DNA of 63,961 nt, counting the filler, from Octopus bimaculoides (lineage: Eukaryota): the NCBI RefSeq assembly GCF_001194135.2. It is 5 parts of 4 records of this genome, joined end to end, with 100 filler letters (N's around TTAATTAATTAA, not from the genome) between each part and the next. Parts side by side here need not be neighbours in the genome. Positions count along the whole stretch, not along the records: positions 1 to 23,976 come from NC_068982.1; 4 more parts are not named here. One strand, 5' to 3'. A program made the position numbers and the translations under genes. Position 1 is the stretch's first letter. Each line of letters starts with the position of its first letter. The notes beneath the pieces were generated by a model. The model had not been told where the DNA came from, did no database searches, and saw only the letters and a program-made list of their open reading frames with translations. Positions 11,581-23,916 of the stretch are shown here, piece by piece.

Positions 11581-11964
11581 TAGGCGCAGGAGTGGCTGTG
11601 TAGTAAGTAGCTTGCTTACCAACCATATGGTTCCGAGTTCAGTCTCACTGCGTGGCACCTTGGGCAAGTGTTTTCTACTATAGCCTCGGGCCGACCAAAG
11701 CCTTGTGAGTGGATTTGGTAGACGGAAACTGAAAGAAGCCCGTCGTATATATGTATATGTAAATATATGTGTGTGCGTTTGTGTGTCTGTGTTTTCCCCC
11801 AACATCGCCTGACAATCGATGTTGGTGTGTTTAGCGGTTCGGCAATAGAGGCTGATAGAATAAGTACTAGGCTTCCAAAGAATAACTCCTGGGGTCGATT
11901 TGCTCGACTAAAGGCGGTGGTCTAGCATGGCCACAGTCAAATGACTGAAACAAGTAAACGAGTA
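11581..11964 (+). mobile_element. SINE family A, full length
   Basis: tRNA-like head with A-box-like GTGGCTGTGTAG and B-box-like GAGTTCAGTC, conserved core, internal TA/TG microsatellite and 3' tail. Confidence 0.92.
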
Positions 11965-12089
11965 ATATGTGTTTGTTACCTTATTGGCCTATATCGCTAT
12001 GTGAAATCCTCATTTTTCCAATTATGTTTCCAATCTATTTATCATTTTATTTTTGTTTTCGGTACATATATATATATATATATATATAT

Positions 12090-12126
<37 letters not shown>

Positions 12127-12280
12127 AAGAAAGAGAGAGAGAGGGGGGGAGACGGATGGGTAGATAAACAGACATACATACGGTCGGTCGGTCGGACGGA
12201 CGGACAGACAGAAAAACAGACAGAAAAACAGATAGATAGATAGATAGATACAAAACAAAGTTTATTCCACACGGGTAGAA

Positions 12281-13805
12281 ATATGGGAAAAATATAAGTC
12301 TAAAAAGTACTGAGAATAGTTAAAATATTTTTACTAATATATTTAAAGCCTTAACTGGTTTCACAGTTTGCTGTTCTCCTCATGTCATCCCAAACATACA
12401 AAGAATAATATCCCCTTTAATTTAGCTTCCAGGAGCTAAAACAAGTACTACTTAAAAGACGATATCCATTAATGCTAATAGACAATAAATATCAAAGAAC
12501 TACGAAAAACGTTCTAGATTCATTCAATACTCTACTTTTTATTACAACACACTACCCAAGAAACACAGAGGTTTACAATATAATCCACTAGAACATCGCA
12601 CTACTAAAACAAGACCCAAGAATGAAACAAGCATTCGAAATATACAAAATAATCAAAAGTAAAGGACAATCAAAGTCCCTCAAAAAATTCCTCGCAAGTG
12701 CTAAATTACCTTCCTACACAATTCCTACGCCAACTGTCAAAAAGTGTGGTTGCCCCAATTGCGGGACCTGCATCAACTTTATTGAAGACACAACATACAA
12801 ATTTAAATCAGAACAGACTTTTACCTTAAAAAATCACTTTACATGTTCTTCAAAGAATTTAACATACGCAATCAAATATCAAGGATGTAAGGAAGATTAC
12901 ATAGGTCAAACAAATCTTACTCTGAAAAATAGAATGAAAATTCACCGACAACAAATACGAGACCCCAGTAGTAGACAGATTCCACTGAGTGGACACTCTG
13001 ACATAAGTGCAAAAAATAAGTCCCCCAAATTCCAGGTCTTCCCACTCTACTTATGTTCAGCGAATAGCACAGATGTTCACGGATAAACTAAGAAAATACT
13101 TTCATACAAATGTACAAACCAAGACTAAACTTTAACACACAAATAAATATTCACACACAAAATTCATTCTGCCATTTATCATGAGGAAGCTACACAGCTA
13201 ACAACCTAAACTTTAGCCACTGGACTACATAAAAATGGGTCCTGTCCTCTCTCCAGCCAGACAGATTAAATTTGGAGTTCCTTGATTATAACTAAACATG
13301 TTCTCTCAACCGTGTCGGCCTTCTTTTTAGTCGCAAAATATACAGTCACGTGCAACTAACGCACGAACGTAGCGAGAAACGTACAAAACGTTATAAACTT
13401 AATCATGTGTTCATTCTCTACAAACACTTGACAGACAACATTCAGAGCATTAATGGTTTGGACTGTTCAGTGGATCGTGTAAGCCTTAATTTACGACGCC
13501 AAACATTGTCACTTGATACTAACACACGGACGTAGCGGGGAACCTACAAAAATTCTAAGATCAAAACAAAAATTTCTACCAATCAAGTCCTATTCCAAAA
13601 ATATATACTAATTTGAGCCATGAAGTCCTTATAAAAATAGGGCAAGCTTCAAACACTAGTCAGAAGCAAGACAGCTGTGACATAAGCTACGTTTTTCTAT
13701 TTGAACTTTTGAAAATCAGTGTAAACTGTGAAACCGGTTAAAGCTTTAAATATATTAATAAAAATATTTTAAGTACTCTCAGTGCATTTTCAACTTCTAT
13801 TTTCC

Positions 13806-13810
<5 letters not shown>
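12281..13810 (+). mobile_element. Penelope-like element remnant (GIY-YIG endonuclease) bracketed by ~90-bp inverted repeats
   Basis: ORF 12622-13086 has CxxxxCxxC and LTYAI...YIGQT..LKNRMKIHRQQI (GIY-YIG). 12281-12369 and 13722-13810 are about 85% identical inverted copies. Confidence 0.8.
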
Positions 13811-13851
<41 letters not shown>

Positions 13852-14539
13852 TGAGCAATGTGAAAGTTTATTTCACGTTGCTCCAGACAAATTAGCTAGC
13901 AAAACTGAGTCGTACCTGAATATCATAGGGCTAGTCTTGTTACATTTCGTTTCACGCTGAATCTCCNNNNNNNNNNNNNNNNNNNNNNNNNNNNNNNNNN
14001 NNNNNNNNNNNNNNNNNNNNNNNNNNNNNNNNNNNNNNNNNNNNNNNNNNNNNNNNNNNNNNNNNNNNNNNNNNNNNNNNNNNNNNNNNNNNNNNNNNNN
14101 NNNNNNNNNNNTATATATACATATATATACATACACTTCCCATTATTATGATTGACCGTTGACTGAACACTATTCAATTTTTTTCTCCCAATTTTTTTTT
14201 TCTCCGTGTTTTTCTCCTTGTCTCCGTATTCTTTCTGTTGAAGAGCGTAGCTCGAAACGTCAAAGACTTTCCGTATTCCCGAGCGTCATACTAATATATC
14301 CTTTTGTTATTTACACCACCTGTCCTCGTCTGTTGTTATTATTTGTATATTCTCCCATATATATATACATACATACATATGATGTGTATGTGCGTGTGCA
14401 AACATGTTTATATATGTGTGTGTGTATATGTGTGTTTACACATATATATGTATATATATTTATTTATTTATTTATACTCCTATCTCTGTTTATGTCAATA
14501 CATCTCTGAACCTTATATCTGTATATATCTGTATATATA

Positions 14540-14931
14540 GCTGTGTCAAGAAGGAAAGGAAGAAAAAGACTCATTTGGTGTGAAGGATGTGTATTTCTAT
14601 GTTTAAAAGTTTTGTTGAGTAGGGCCGAAACGATGCGAGAATGTACAAAGTAAACTGTAAAAAGAAGAGAAAGGGAAACAAAGTTGTGGTTTTACCTTAC
14701 ATTTTTATATTTCGGGGCAATGACCTCTTCTTCAGGACATGTGGAAAAGCCAGGGATGGAAAAAGGTCGTTGCTCAGATGTGTGGGTGAGGAAGGTGACA
14801 AAGGTTGACTGGTGTTACTATAGTAACCAATCTGTTTCGTGTAGTTCTTTTGTGTTGTTTATGGCTGGTCTCAGTTTGTTGATAAGGTGGGCCTCATCAG
14901 GGCCACTCAACACAACAGTGGCAATCTGAGA

Positions 14932-14935
<4 letters not shown>
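14540..14935 (-). mobile_element. Penelope-like 3' end: GIY-YIG C-terminus followed by a hammerhead-like motif
   Basis: Peptide EAHLINKLRPAINN; downstream minus strand reads CTGAAGA-A-GAGG-tcattg-CCCC-GAAA-TAT-AAAA-ATGTA (~14736-14697). Confidence 0.55.
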
Positions 14936-14968
<33 letters not shown>

Positions 14969-16257
14969 ATAACTTGTATATAGATATATATACAGGTTAT
15001 TGATACACACATACTCTCTCACACTCACACTCACATACGCATATACACACATAAGATAAGAGAAAGATATAAGAAAATTAGAAATAAATGATAAAAATAT
15101 CTGGTGATGAAGCCGGAAAATAAAAGATAAAAAAAGATATTTCTGTTTTAAGAAATATATGAAATATATAAAATGTTTTAGAATGAAAGAAAAAACGAAA
15201 CAATACTGAGATAAATATTAAAAAATTGTAAGGACGAAATTTGATATTTTTTCATAATTGAACAATTGAACAATATTTAAAATATATGACTAGGGGGAAT
15301 AGCAACAACAACAACAGCAATAACACGTAAACGACAACAACAACAGCAAAGAAAATGAGAATGAGGAAAACGAAGTGAACCAGAACATCAACACAAACAA
15401 ATAGGAAAGCAACAACAACATGCCAATAAGAACCTTTTTGAATGACAACAACAATAAGGAATACGATAAAAAGAGTATAATAGTTGCAGGAATAACGAAA
15501 AAACAGCCACATCAACAATATTAAGAAGAGCAATAATTTAAAATGCAACATGATTAGCAAAACCGTAACAACAACAATAATGACGTAATAACAATATATA
15601 TATATTTTTTTTTTTTTTTTGAAAAGGCACAATATATATTAGAACAACTACAACGACAGGATCAGCAACAGAAATGAAAACAACAATAACGCTAAGAATA
15701 TCAACATTGCCTCGTCTTTCTGAGACTGAATGTCTGTGTTTGTATGATGTATGTGTATGTGTATATGTGTGTGCATGTGTGTATATGTGTCTCTGTGTGC
15801 TCAAGTGTGTGTGTGTAAGTGTGTGTGGCTTTCTTGAAATGGAAGGAGAGGAGGGTGATTGTGGTTCGAATAAGCAGAGAATGAAGAGCAGAGGAGGAAG
15901 GAAAGAAAAAAGATGTAAACGGAAGCAGCAAATAAGAAAGATGGCGGCATAAGGAAAATAGAGAGGACGGAAGGAGAGGAAAAAGTGGGGTTCATTGAGC
16001 GTTTATGCGTGACGTGACGGTGTCGTCTGCTTGTCATATTAAGGTTTTTCACGCTCAGAGACATCATCATCGTCGTCATCATGGTGGATATCATCTTCAT
16101 TATCCTCAACATCATCGCTTTTGCGCACCACCACCATCGCCATTATTACCACAACCATCACCACCTCCACCATCACTACCACCACCACAATCACAACTTC
16201 CACCATCACCACTACTATCACCACCACAACTACCACCATTGTGTCTTTACCATTCTG

Positions 16258-16642
16258 GTTTGTTTCCCAACCATATGGTTCCGGGTTCAGTCTTACTGCG
16301 TGGCTCCTTAGGCAAGTGTTTTCTACTATAGCATCGGGTAGGTCAAAGCCATGTGAATGGATTTGGCTGACGGAAACTGAAAGAAAACTCAAAGACATAT
16401 ATATACGCGGGCGCGCGCACGTGTATATGTGATTGTGTGTACGTACGTGTGTGTATGTCTGTGTCTGTGTTTGTATTTCCATCAAAACGCTGCTTGACAA
16501 CCAGTGTTGGTGTGTTTACGTTTCTGTAACCTAGCGGTTCGACAGAATGATTACCAACCTGTAAAAACTAAAGCACTGGGGTCGATTCGCTTGATTTAAA
16601 TGCTTTAAGGCAGTGCCCCAGCATGGCCGCAGTCTAATGACT
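16258..16642 (+). mobile_element. SINE family A, diverged copy
   Basis: CCAACCATATGGTTCCGGGTTCAGTC..GGATTTGGCTGACGGAAACTGAAAG..GCATGGCCGCAGTC. Confidence 0.85.
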
Positions 16643-16770
16643 CACACATACATTATATATATACACACACGCACACACACACACACGAAACAATGTTCTT
16701 CATAGATATGCTTTAAAAACGGGATAAGGGAGAAATATTTAACTGCTATTTCTAGCAGATTAGCCAAATA

Positions 16771-18332
16771 CGTTGAGACCATGGTTTTCTTTGTATGTCG
16801 TGTTATCAGTGTAGCGATAAGATGTAGCTGTCTACCAAATGTAGCATGTACATGTAACTCTTGTATGTAAAACATGTTGATGTGAGGTTCTCGCGACGGA
16901 GATACCAGTGAAGAACATCGAAGAATAACATCGAAAGGGAAAAAATATTATTTACATCTTTCATTTGGCCGGTAAGTTGTTAGTAGTTAGTAAGACTGTA
17001 GCAACTGTACATAGTTTACGTGACAAAGGGTTCGCTCTGAAGTGTGGTAGATGCGTTCTATTTGTAGGGAGAGGGAATGCACGGTGCTGGCGAGAGAGGA
17101 AGAAAGGATAAAGTTGACATCGTCCCTTTATTTCGGCCGAATTGCTCTTCGTATCGCGACTGAAGGACGAAGAGAAGTGTTGCTCCTGGTCATGGCTAAC
17201 ACAAAAGAGGGTGAGAAAGCAAATGGTCTCTGTTATATAGATTATGCTAGGATATAGGTCAAATTCTAAAGAAAGGACTGACCCTTAAGCGACCACGAAA
17301 ATGTCTTTGGCCGCGTGTTTGCTAGCTTAAGCTAGGCGGCCAAAAAATGATCTCCTACACTACTCATTTCCCTGAAGAGTTCTACAGAGAACGAACGAGC
17401 TAAGGAAGGAGTGCATGCATCCAAAAATGCACATCAAGACAGAATTGTGAAAGGTATTTTGTTGGTGAATATGATGCAAGACTGAGGAATTGCGCATATC
17501 AGGAGAGAGAATCCTGAGAATGTATACGGGACAGGTATCTATTTGGGTGGGTTCGAATAGCGGTGTCGCTTTGCGTGCAAAGTGGGCAGTCTGTGACTGA
17601 GGCAGCGTGAGTGAGCGTGCGCACAAGGGTGCTTACATGAGTGAGAGAGACCGGCAGCTGTGAAATAATCTGAGGCGAGTGAGTGAGCGCATTCTCAATC
17701 CATATGCGTTAGATTTTTTTATGCAGAATTTGCATTCAATATGAAATGCCTTGAAAGTAGTACAGATTTATCCGGTTAGTTCTTAGTCGGATAGCAGTAG
17801 AAATGTCGTATTTATTGATTGCAAATGGTTTTCGAGTGGCTCTGCGCATTGTAGTGGAGAGCATTCTCTGGCAGGCCGAAAGCAAGTTGCGGGTTTCCAG
17901 TTTCAGTGAGTTACTGGTTTCCAGTGTCGGCGAGTTCTTTTTCCTCGGGTTGTGCGACAGCCTAAGCGAAAGTTGTGTGGATGTGAAAGTTGCAATTTTT
18001 GTTTTCGATATGACGAGCATGATGTGAATGCTGTGATTTTTTTGTTCGGTGTCACCAAATGTAGCGACGAAATGGAATGACGTGCAGAATCAGAAGTCAG
18101 TAATTTTTTTGCAGTTAGGGTCACCAAATGTGAGCGGCTATGGTTTTGTTTGTATGTCGTGTTATCAGTGTAGCGATAAGATGTAGCGTATACACGTAAC
18201 TCTTGTATGTAACGCTTGTTGATATGGGGTTCTCACGACGGAGATACTAGCGAAGAATATCGAAAAATAACATCAAAAAGGAAGGAATATTATTTACATC
18301 TTTTATTTGCCCGGCAAGTGGTTAGTAGTTAG
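16771..18332 (-). mobile_element. Probable non-autonomous LTR element (3' LTR ~16771-17359, non-coding interior, 5' LTR truncated)
   Basis: ~200-bp direct repeat at 16781-16990 / 18140-18332. Minus-strand CA-TT-TGGTGACCC (18126-18118) and CA-TT-TGGTGACACCGA (18057-18046) resemble a tRNA-Trp PBS (TGGTGACCCCGA). Purine-rich AGGGAAATGAGTAG is followed by TGTAG at 17359. Confidence 0.5.
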
Positions 18333-18339
18333 TGGTGAT

Positions 18340-19360
18340 GGTGGTTAACTTTCAGTTAGCTGCTGCGCTTCAAGGCTTGGTTTTTTTTACCCTTCCTACT
18401 CTGTTGCATTTATCCATCAATGATCTAGTTGGCATCCCATCCAATAACACCGACCCTTATACAATGACACAGTACTCCATTTCTCCTAACAAAGTCCCAC
18501 CATGCATTATCCATTCGTAACCTAGGAACCACACGACAGGCAACTATTTCGTGAACGGAAACTTCGATAGCATCTAATGTGGACATGCCAATCTTGTTTC
18601 CTTTAAAAGTCAAAACAAAAAAAGTAATACTCAAGTACTTCTCTTATCAAAAAACAACAGCACTGCATCACACCCTCTCTAAACATGAGCCGTGCTTAAC
18701 CCTCAGAGCTGCTTCAAATGTTGGACTTCAGTATGAGCAGTGGTTGCTCTTGGCGAAAGGTAGACCATAGCTTAGGTAGAACTGCATCCTAAAGACTGGC
18801 GCTTCTCCCAAGGGCCAGAAAATATTTCTGGCTCCAGAAACAAAGGCCAAAATTACAATCACTTACATTCTACATGCTCGAGCGTAGCCCAGTTTGTAAT
18901 GTTGTTCTCTCGTCTGGCACGGCGCTACTACGACGGACACAGACCTCCGAAGCCGCACTTAGAGAAGGGCCTCTATACTGACTGATATTCAATCACTAAC
19001 AGACTCCACCTCTGGGATTTTAGTTCTTTCACCTATCTAAATATTTTCTACTGCCACTATAATAAACTCTGGAGGTGTTGTATAAGGTGTAATATGAAGT
19101 GCCATATTAGGTGCAATATGAGGTGCAGTATGGCAGAATGATTAAGATGATCACTCCCCACCATAATGGCCTCTATTCCTCAGAGCTGGTTTATCTTGTA
19201 TCTCCTTCACTCATCAATCCACTCGTTACTTTTCTTGTGTCCAACCCTGCCTTGGCCCCTTTCACTAACTCTAATACACACTCTTTTCTTCCCTAGAATA
19301 TCATCCCTCTGGAATCTTCTCCCTTCTCATGTCTGTTTTGCAGGAGCATCAACCTTGGGA
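18340..19360 (+). mobile_element. CR1-group LINE RT / 3' fragment, decayed
   Basis: PTLLHLSINDL, NLVSF, KGRP*LR..LK, RPKLQ and terminal HSFLP.RISSLWNLLPSHV resemble the end of CR1 ORF2. Confidence 0.65.
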
Positions 19361-19479
19361 TAGTATCATAACAATATTAATACGGTATAATATTGTGGCT
19401 AAAATATTGTACAAACTATAAAAAGATTGTCTTGAAATGCTCAATAATAGAGAATCTGTTTTATAATCACATCTTTGGG

Positions 19480-20700
19480 GTTAATTAAGTGAAGCAACCA
19501 AGTCTACCCTCGGCACAACTACTAGTAAGGATCCGCATCAACAATCAAACCTCTACTACTCGCAAAGCCTATTTAGAGAATCCAAGATTCAGAATGCTCC
19601 TTCAAACACTAAAAGAGACCCGCACAGCGTATGCCAAGAAGTTTTAAAAATCAATAATGGATTGACAAAGCGGGGGAAATTCAACGCTTTGCTGGGGAAA
19701 ATAAGACATACAAATTCAACAACTCAATCAAAACCATTTTTGATCCAACCTCAAGGGCATTTACAGTTACGTTCAGCGGATGGACATACTCTGATAAACA
19801 GAAGAGTGTAGAAAGTTGGGCAGAGGGATTCCTCAACAGAATTAATCCTACGGATTTTTCTACTCTTGCAGTTCTACAAACCCTACAAGCAATTGATGAA
19901 TTCAATGTTGAACCCTCTTTCGAAGAGGTTATAATTGCTATCCGATCTTTGAAAAACAAGAAATCCCCCGGAGAAGATGGATTCCCCAGTGAAGTGACAA
20001 ATCGGAGTATGGTAACAGCCAGGATATTTCTCTCCTGGCTGTAGTTGGCAAAATTTTAGCCAAGCTTATGTTATGCCGTCTGCTAACTCATCTGACAGAA
20101 AGAATTCTCCAGGCTTTCGCTTGGACAGCGGCACATTTAACATGATTTTCGTAGCTCGTCTCCTTCTAGGAAAAGGTAGAGAACAGCAACGTAATATCTA
20201 TTATACTTTCCTAGACTTTACAAAGACATTCGGCACTGTCAATAGAAACATGCTATGGACACTACAAAAAATGTTTAGATATTCTCCCACCTTCGTTCGA
20301 ACTCTGTAAAGTTTTCACGAAAGTTACAAGTAAAAGTTACCGTTGATGGAAATACGTCTGAAGTATTTGACGTATAAGTTGGAGTAAAACAGGAAGGTGT
20401 CCTAGCACCTATCTTCTTCAATGTCTAGCTTGTCACCATGACTCTCTTCTCCAGAATCACTATTGCTCCTGAAGATGGCATTATTATCCGTTCCCGTTTC
20501 GACGGCAGACTTTAACTCAAGACGGCTAATACCAGTTTCTAAAACGTCAACACTCCCTATTTTCGAATGATGATCTAGCTGCAAAAATTCATGATCCATC
20601 TTAACATCAAAACATTGTGTCATCCCTGCTCAATGGTTACACACAACTGAGACTTACTCTCAGCCCTAAAAAGACTTAGATCATGCAGACATCACTTAAT
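19480..20700 (+). mobile_element. RTE-clade LINE RT fragment, decayed
   Basis: KSPGEDGIPSE, GISLLAVVGKILAKLML, GFR..SGTFNMIFVARLL..KGREQQ..FLDFTKTFGTVNR and GVKQEGVLAPI. Confidence 0.85.
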
Positions 20701-20739
20701 CATCGCCGCTAGGTTTAAATTAGATAAAAAAAATAGAGA

Positions 20740-22330
20740 TCCTTCCAAAAAAAAAGAGACCTTTATAACTATTAAGGACCATAAAAATAACTTCCTATTA
20801 AATCCTAAATGCAGACTTATTAACCCTGCAAAATCAGAAATTGGTATAATTAGTAAAGAAATTTTAAGAAAAACCAATGCTAAAGTTAGAGGGGCAACTA
20901 ATTTAGTACAATGGTCCAATAGTATAGAAGTTAACTGAAATAAGAATAAAGCAAGATTTACACAATTTGATATTGTAGATTTCTATGCATCTATTTCTAG
21001 AAAACTGCTAGATAAAACCCTCACATTCGCAAGCGATTTTACAAAGATCATTGATCAAGATAAGGATATAATCCTCCATGCTAGAAAGACCTTACTCTTC
21101 AGCGAGAACACAGAGTGGTTCGAGACAGCTGACACAGAGGATTCTTTCGATGTGAGTATGGGGTCATAGGATGGAGCAGGCATATGTGATCTCATTGGGC
21201 TATTCCTGCTTGACACGTTAGGAAAAGCTTTTCCTGGTGTATATTTCGCTGTTCATGGGGATGATGCTCTAGCTTTAGCTAAGAATACCAATGGACCAGC
21301 ACAAGATCGGTTAATCTTATGAAAACATTCGATCTTAGCATAACAACAGATACCAACCGGACGGTTGTCAATTTCCTTGACGTATCTCTAGATTTACAAA
21401 AGAATATTTACAAACCCTATAGAAAGCCCAACGATAGACTTAGTTATATTAATGTAGATTCCTGTCACCACCCCCATTCTATAGTGTTTAAGAATTTAGT
21501 TTAAAATATTTGTAGGAGAATTTCTAGCCTCTCCTCCAATATAAACATATTTGATAATGCTGCCCCACTATATAACAATTCCCTTACAACTAATCGATTT
21601 AAAGAGGAAAACGCTTATACACCTGCTATTAGACCAGAAATAAAGAAAAGACAACATAGACACAGGAAATTTATCTGGTTCACACACCCTTACTTCCCCG
21701 AAGTGGCCTTTAATATAGGTAAATAATTCTTGTCACTTATAGATAGACATTTTCCAATACATTATAAATATAGGAGACTCTTTAATAGGTATAACCTAAA
21801 CATGAGCTTTGGTTCAACCTCAAATGTTAAAACATAATTACACACAATGCAAAGCAGCAACAAAAGCCGGCTGTTCCTGCAGGGATAAAGACTTGTGCCC
21901 GCTAAATAGACCTGTATGACCGAAGCCATTATTTATGAAGCCACCGTAAATTCTACGAACGCTAATAACACAGTTTCGTCAAAGAGATATGTGGGTCTCA
22001 CGGAGAGAAATTTCAAAGCAACGTTCAACAATCACACCTTAAGCTTCAGACACTGGGATAAACGAAAAACTACCAAATTATCCAGTTATATACGGTCATT
22101 AAAAGAACAAGATGTCAGCTATAGGATTTACTGGAAGATCATGGCCAAGTGTAAACCTTATATCAACGGTATTGGCAAGTGCGGTCTTTGTGATATGGAA
22201 AGATGGCTCATCTGGAAATGTCCCTTGGCCCCTGCTACATGTCTAAATTCAAGAACTGAACTTTTTGGATCATGTCCATATGTAACAAAATATTTGTTAC
22301 GGTTTTGGGCCCAAAAAAATCACGGATAGA
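20740..22330 (+). mobile_element. Penelope-like element (RT plus GIY-YIG), decayed
   Basis: FITIKDHKNNFLLNPKCRLINPAKSEIG, DIVDFYASI, MGS*DGA..CDLIG, VNFLDVSLDL..YKPYRKPND; ORF 21916-22329 IIYEATV..YVGLTE..FNNH..CGLC..E. Confidence 0.9.
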
Positions 22331-22548
22331 ATCCGCATTTATACTATGTTCCTGCAAAAGATATCCGTGTCTTAACATTTTTTTATATATTTTTTCCTTT
22401 TTAATTGTGTGAATGTGTACGTGTGTGAGTATATGTATATGTATATGATTGCAAGACTGTGTCCGGTGCATAAGTGTGACTTTCATGCACATTTATACGG
22501 ATATGCATGTTTGTATATGTGCGGGTGTGGGTGTGTGATAGAAGTATG

Positions 22549-22590
<42 letters not shown>

Positions 22591-22596
<6 letters not shown>

Positions 22597-23883
22597 GGGT
22601 GTCTGAAAAGTCTTGAGCTTCAAAAAAACAAAAAAAAAACATGGTACAAGACTTCTGATGATTTATTTTTCAACATAGTCCCCCTCGATGGTTGAACAAT
22701 TTCTCCAGCGGTGCTGAAGCGCCATTATCCCGGTGTAGAAGAACTCTTTTGTTTGGGACTCCAAGAAACTTCCTACAGCGTCTATGACGTCATTGTCACT
22801 GGCGAAATGGCGACCAGCCAGGGCTTTTTTCATTTTGGGAAATAGATGAAAGTCAGAGGGGTCTACATCTGGCGAATAAGGCGGATGGGGAACAAGTTTG
22901 TATTCACAATCACGAATTGTTGCCATAGCAACCACTGAGGTGTGGGCTGGAGCATTGTCGTGTGAAAAAGGAGTCCTCTGGTGAGCATTTCTGGCCTTTT
23001 TTCTTTGATTGTTTCTCGGAGGCGTTTCAATGGCTGAGAATAATACAACCCTGTCACGGTGTGACCCTTTTCAAGGTAATCGATCAGCAAGACACCTTGA
23101 GAATCCAAAAAAGCGGACGCCATGACCTTGCTAGCTGAAGGAGTGATCCTGGCTTTCTTTGGGGTAGGAGAAGATGTGTGCTTCCACTGCATTGATTTCA
23201 GGCTGGTAGTGATGGACCCAACTTTCGTCCATAGTAATGAAACGAGTAAGAATATTATCTTCATCAGCTTCAAACAGTTCCAGATTGCTCGTGGACAAAG
23301 TGCACCTGGTGCGTTTCTGTTCAGGAGTCAAAATGCGAGGGGCCCACCTTGCAGAAACCTTTGTGTACCCAAGTTCTTTTGTCACAATGTAGTCTGCTCT
23401 TTCAGTTGAGATGCTCAGTCTCTCGGCTATCTGACGACATGGTATTGGGCGATCTTGCATTATCATACCAAGAGCAAGGTCAAGGATGTCCTTGGTGGTT
23501 GCAGTTGGAGGTCTCCCTGGTCTTGGATCATCTTCCACACTCTCCCTGCCACGCTTGAATTCATTTACGCAGCGTTTGACTGTTGCATATGAAGGAGCAT
23601 TGTTAGTTAAGGTTCTCACCATATCTTCATGGGTTTCTGATGGAGTCATGCTTTTCAAATGAAGGTACTTTATGACAGCATGATACTCAGTTTTCTCCAT
23701 TTTTCTTGTCAATTCGAAGCTTGTTTATTCAAAAATCTGCACCAAAAAAAATTAAAATATCAGAATCGTGAAAATGAGCAAGAATGCTCTGAAAAGACTG
23801 TACTTACCAGAAAAAAAATTGTTTCAACTATATAGCAGCCCCGATTCTGGGTTAGACTCAAAATTTTTCAGACACCCCTCATG
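22591..23883 (-). mobile_element. Mariner (D,D34D) transposon, full extent with both TIRs, transposase frameshifted
   Basis: TIR TGAGGGGTGTCTGAAAA at 22593 and TTTTCAGACACCCCTCA ending 23881, both in TA runs. Peptides WAPRIL, FITMDESWVHHY, H(D)NAPAH (frameshifted) and PHPPYSPDVDPSDFHLF. Confidence 0.95.

Positions 23884-23916
<33 letters not shown>

Noticed and set aside
11581-11660. tRNA gene calls at SINE heads (also 29100-29140, 38007 and 60764)
   Set aside because: A/B-box-like words are present, but there is no complete cloverleaf and each continues into a multicopy SINE body.
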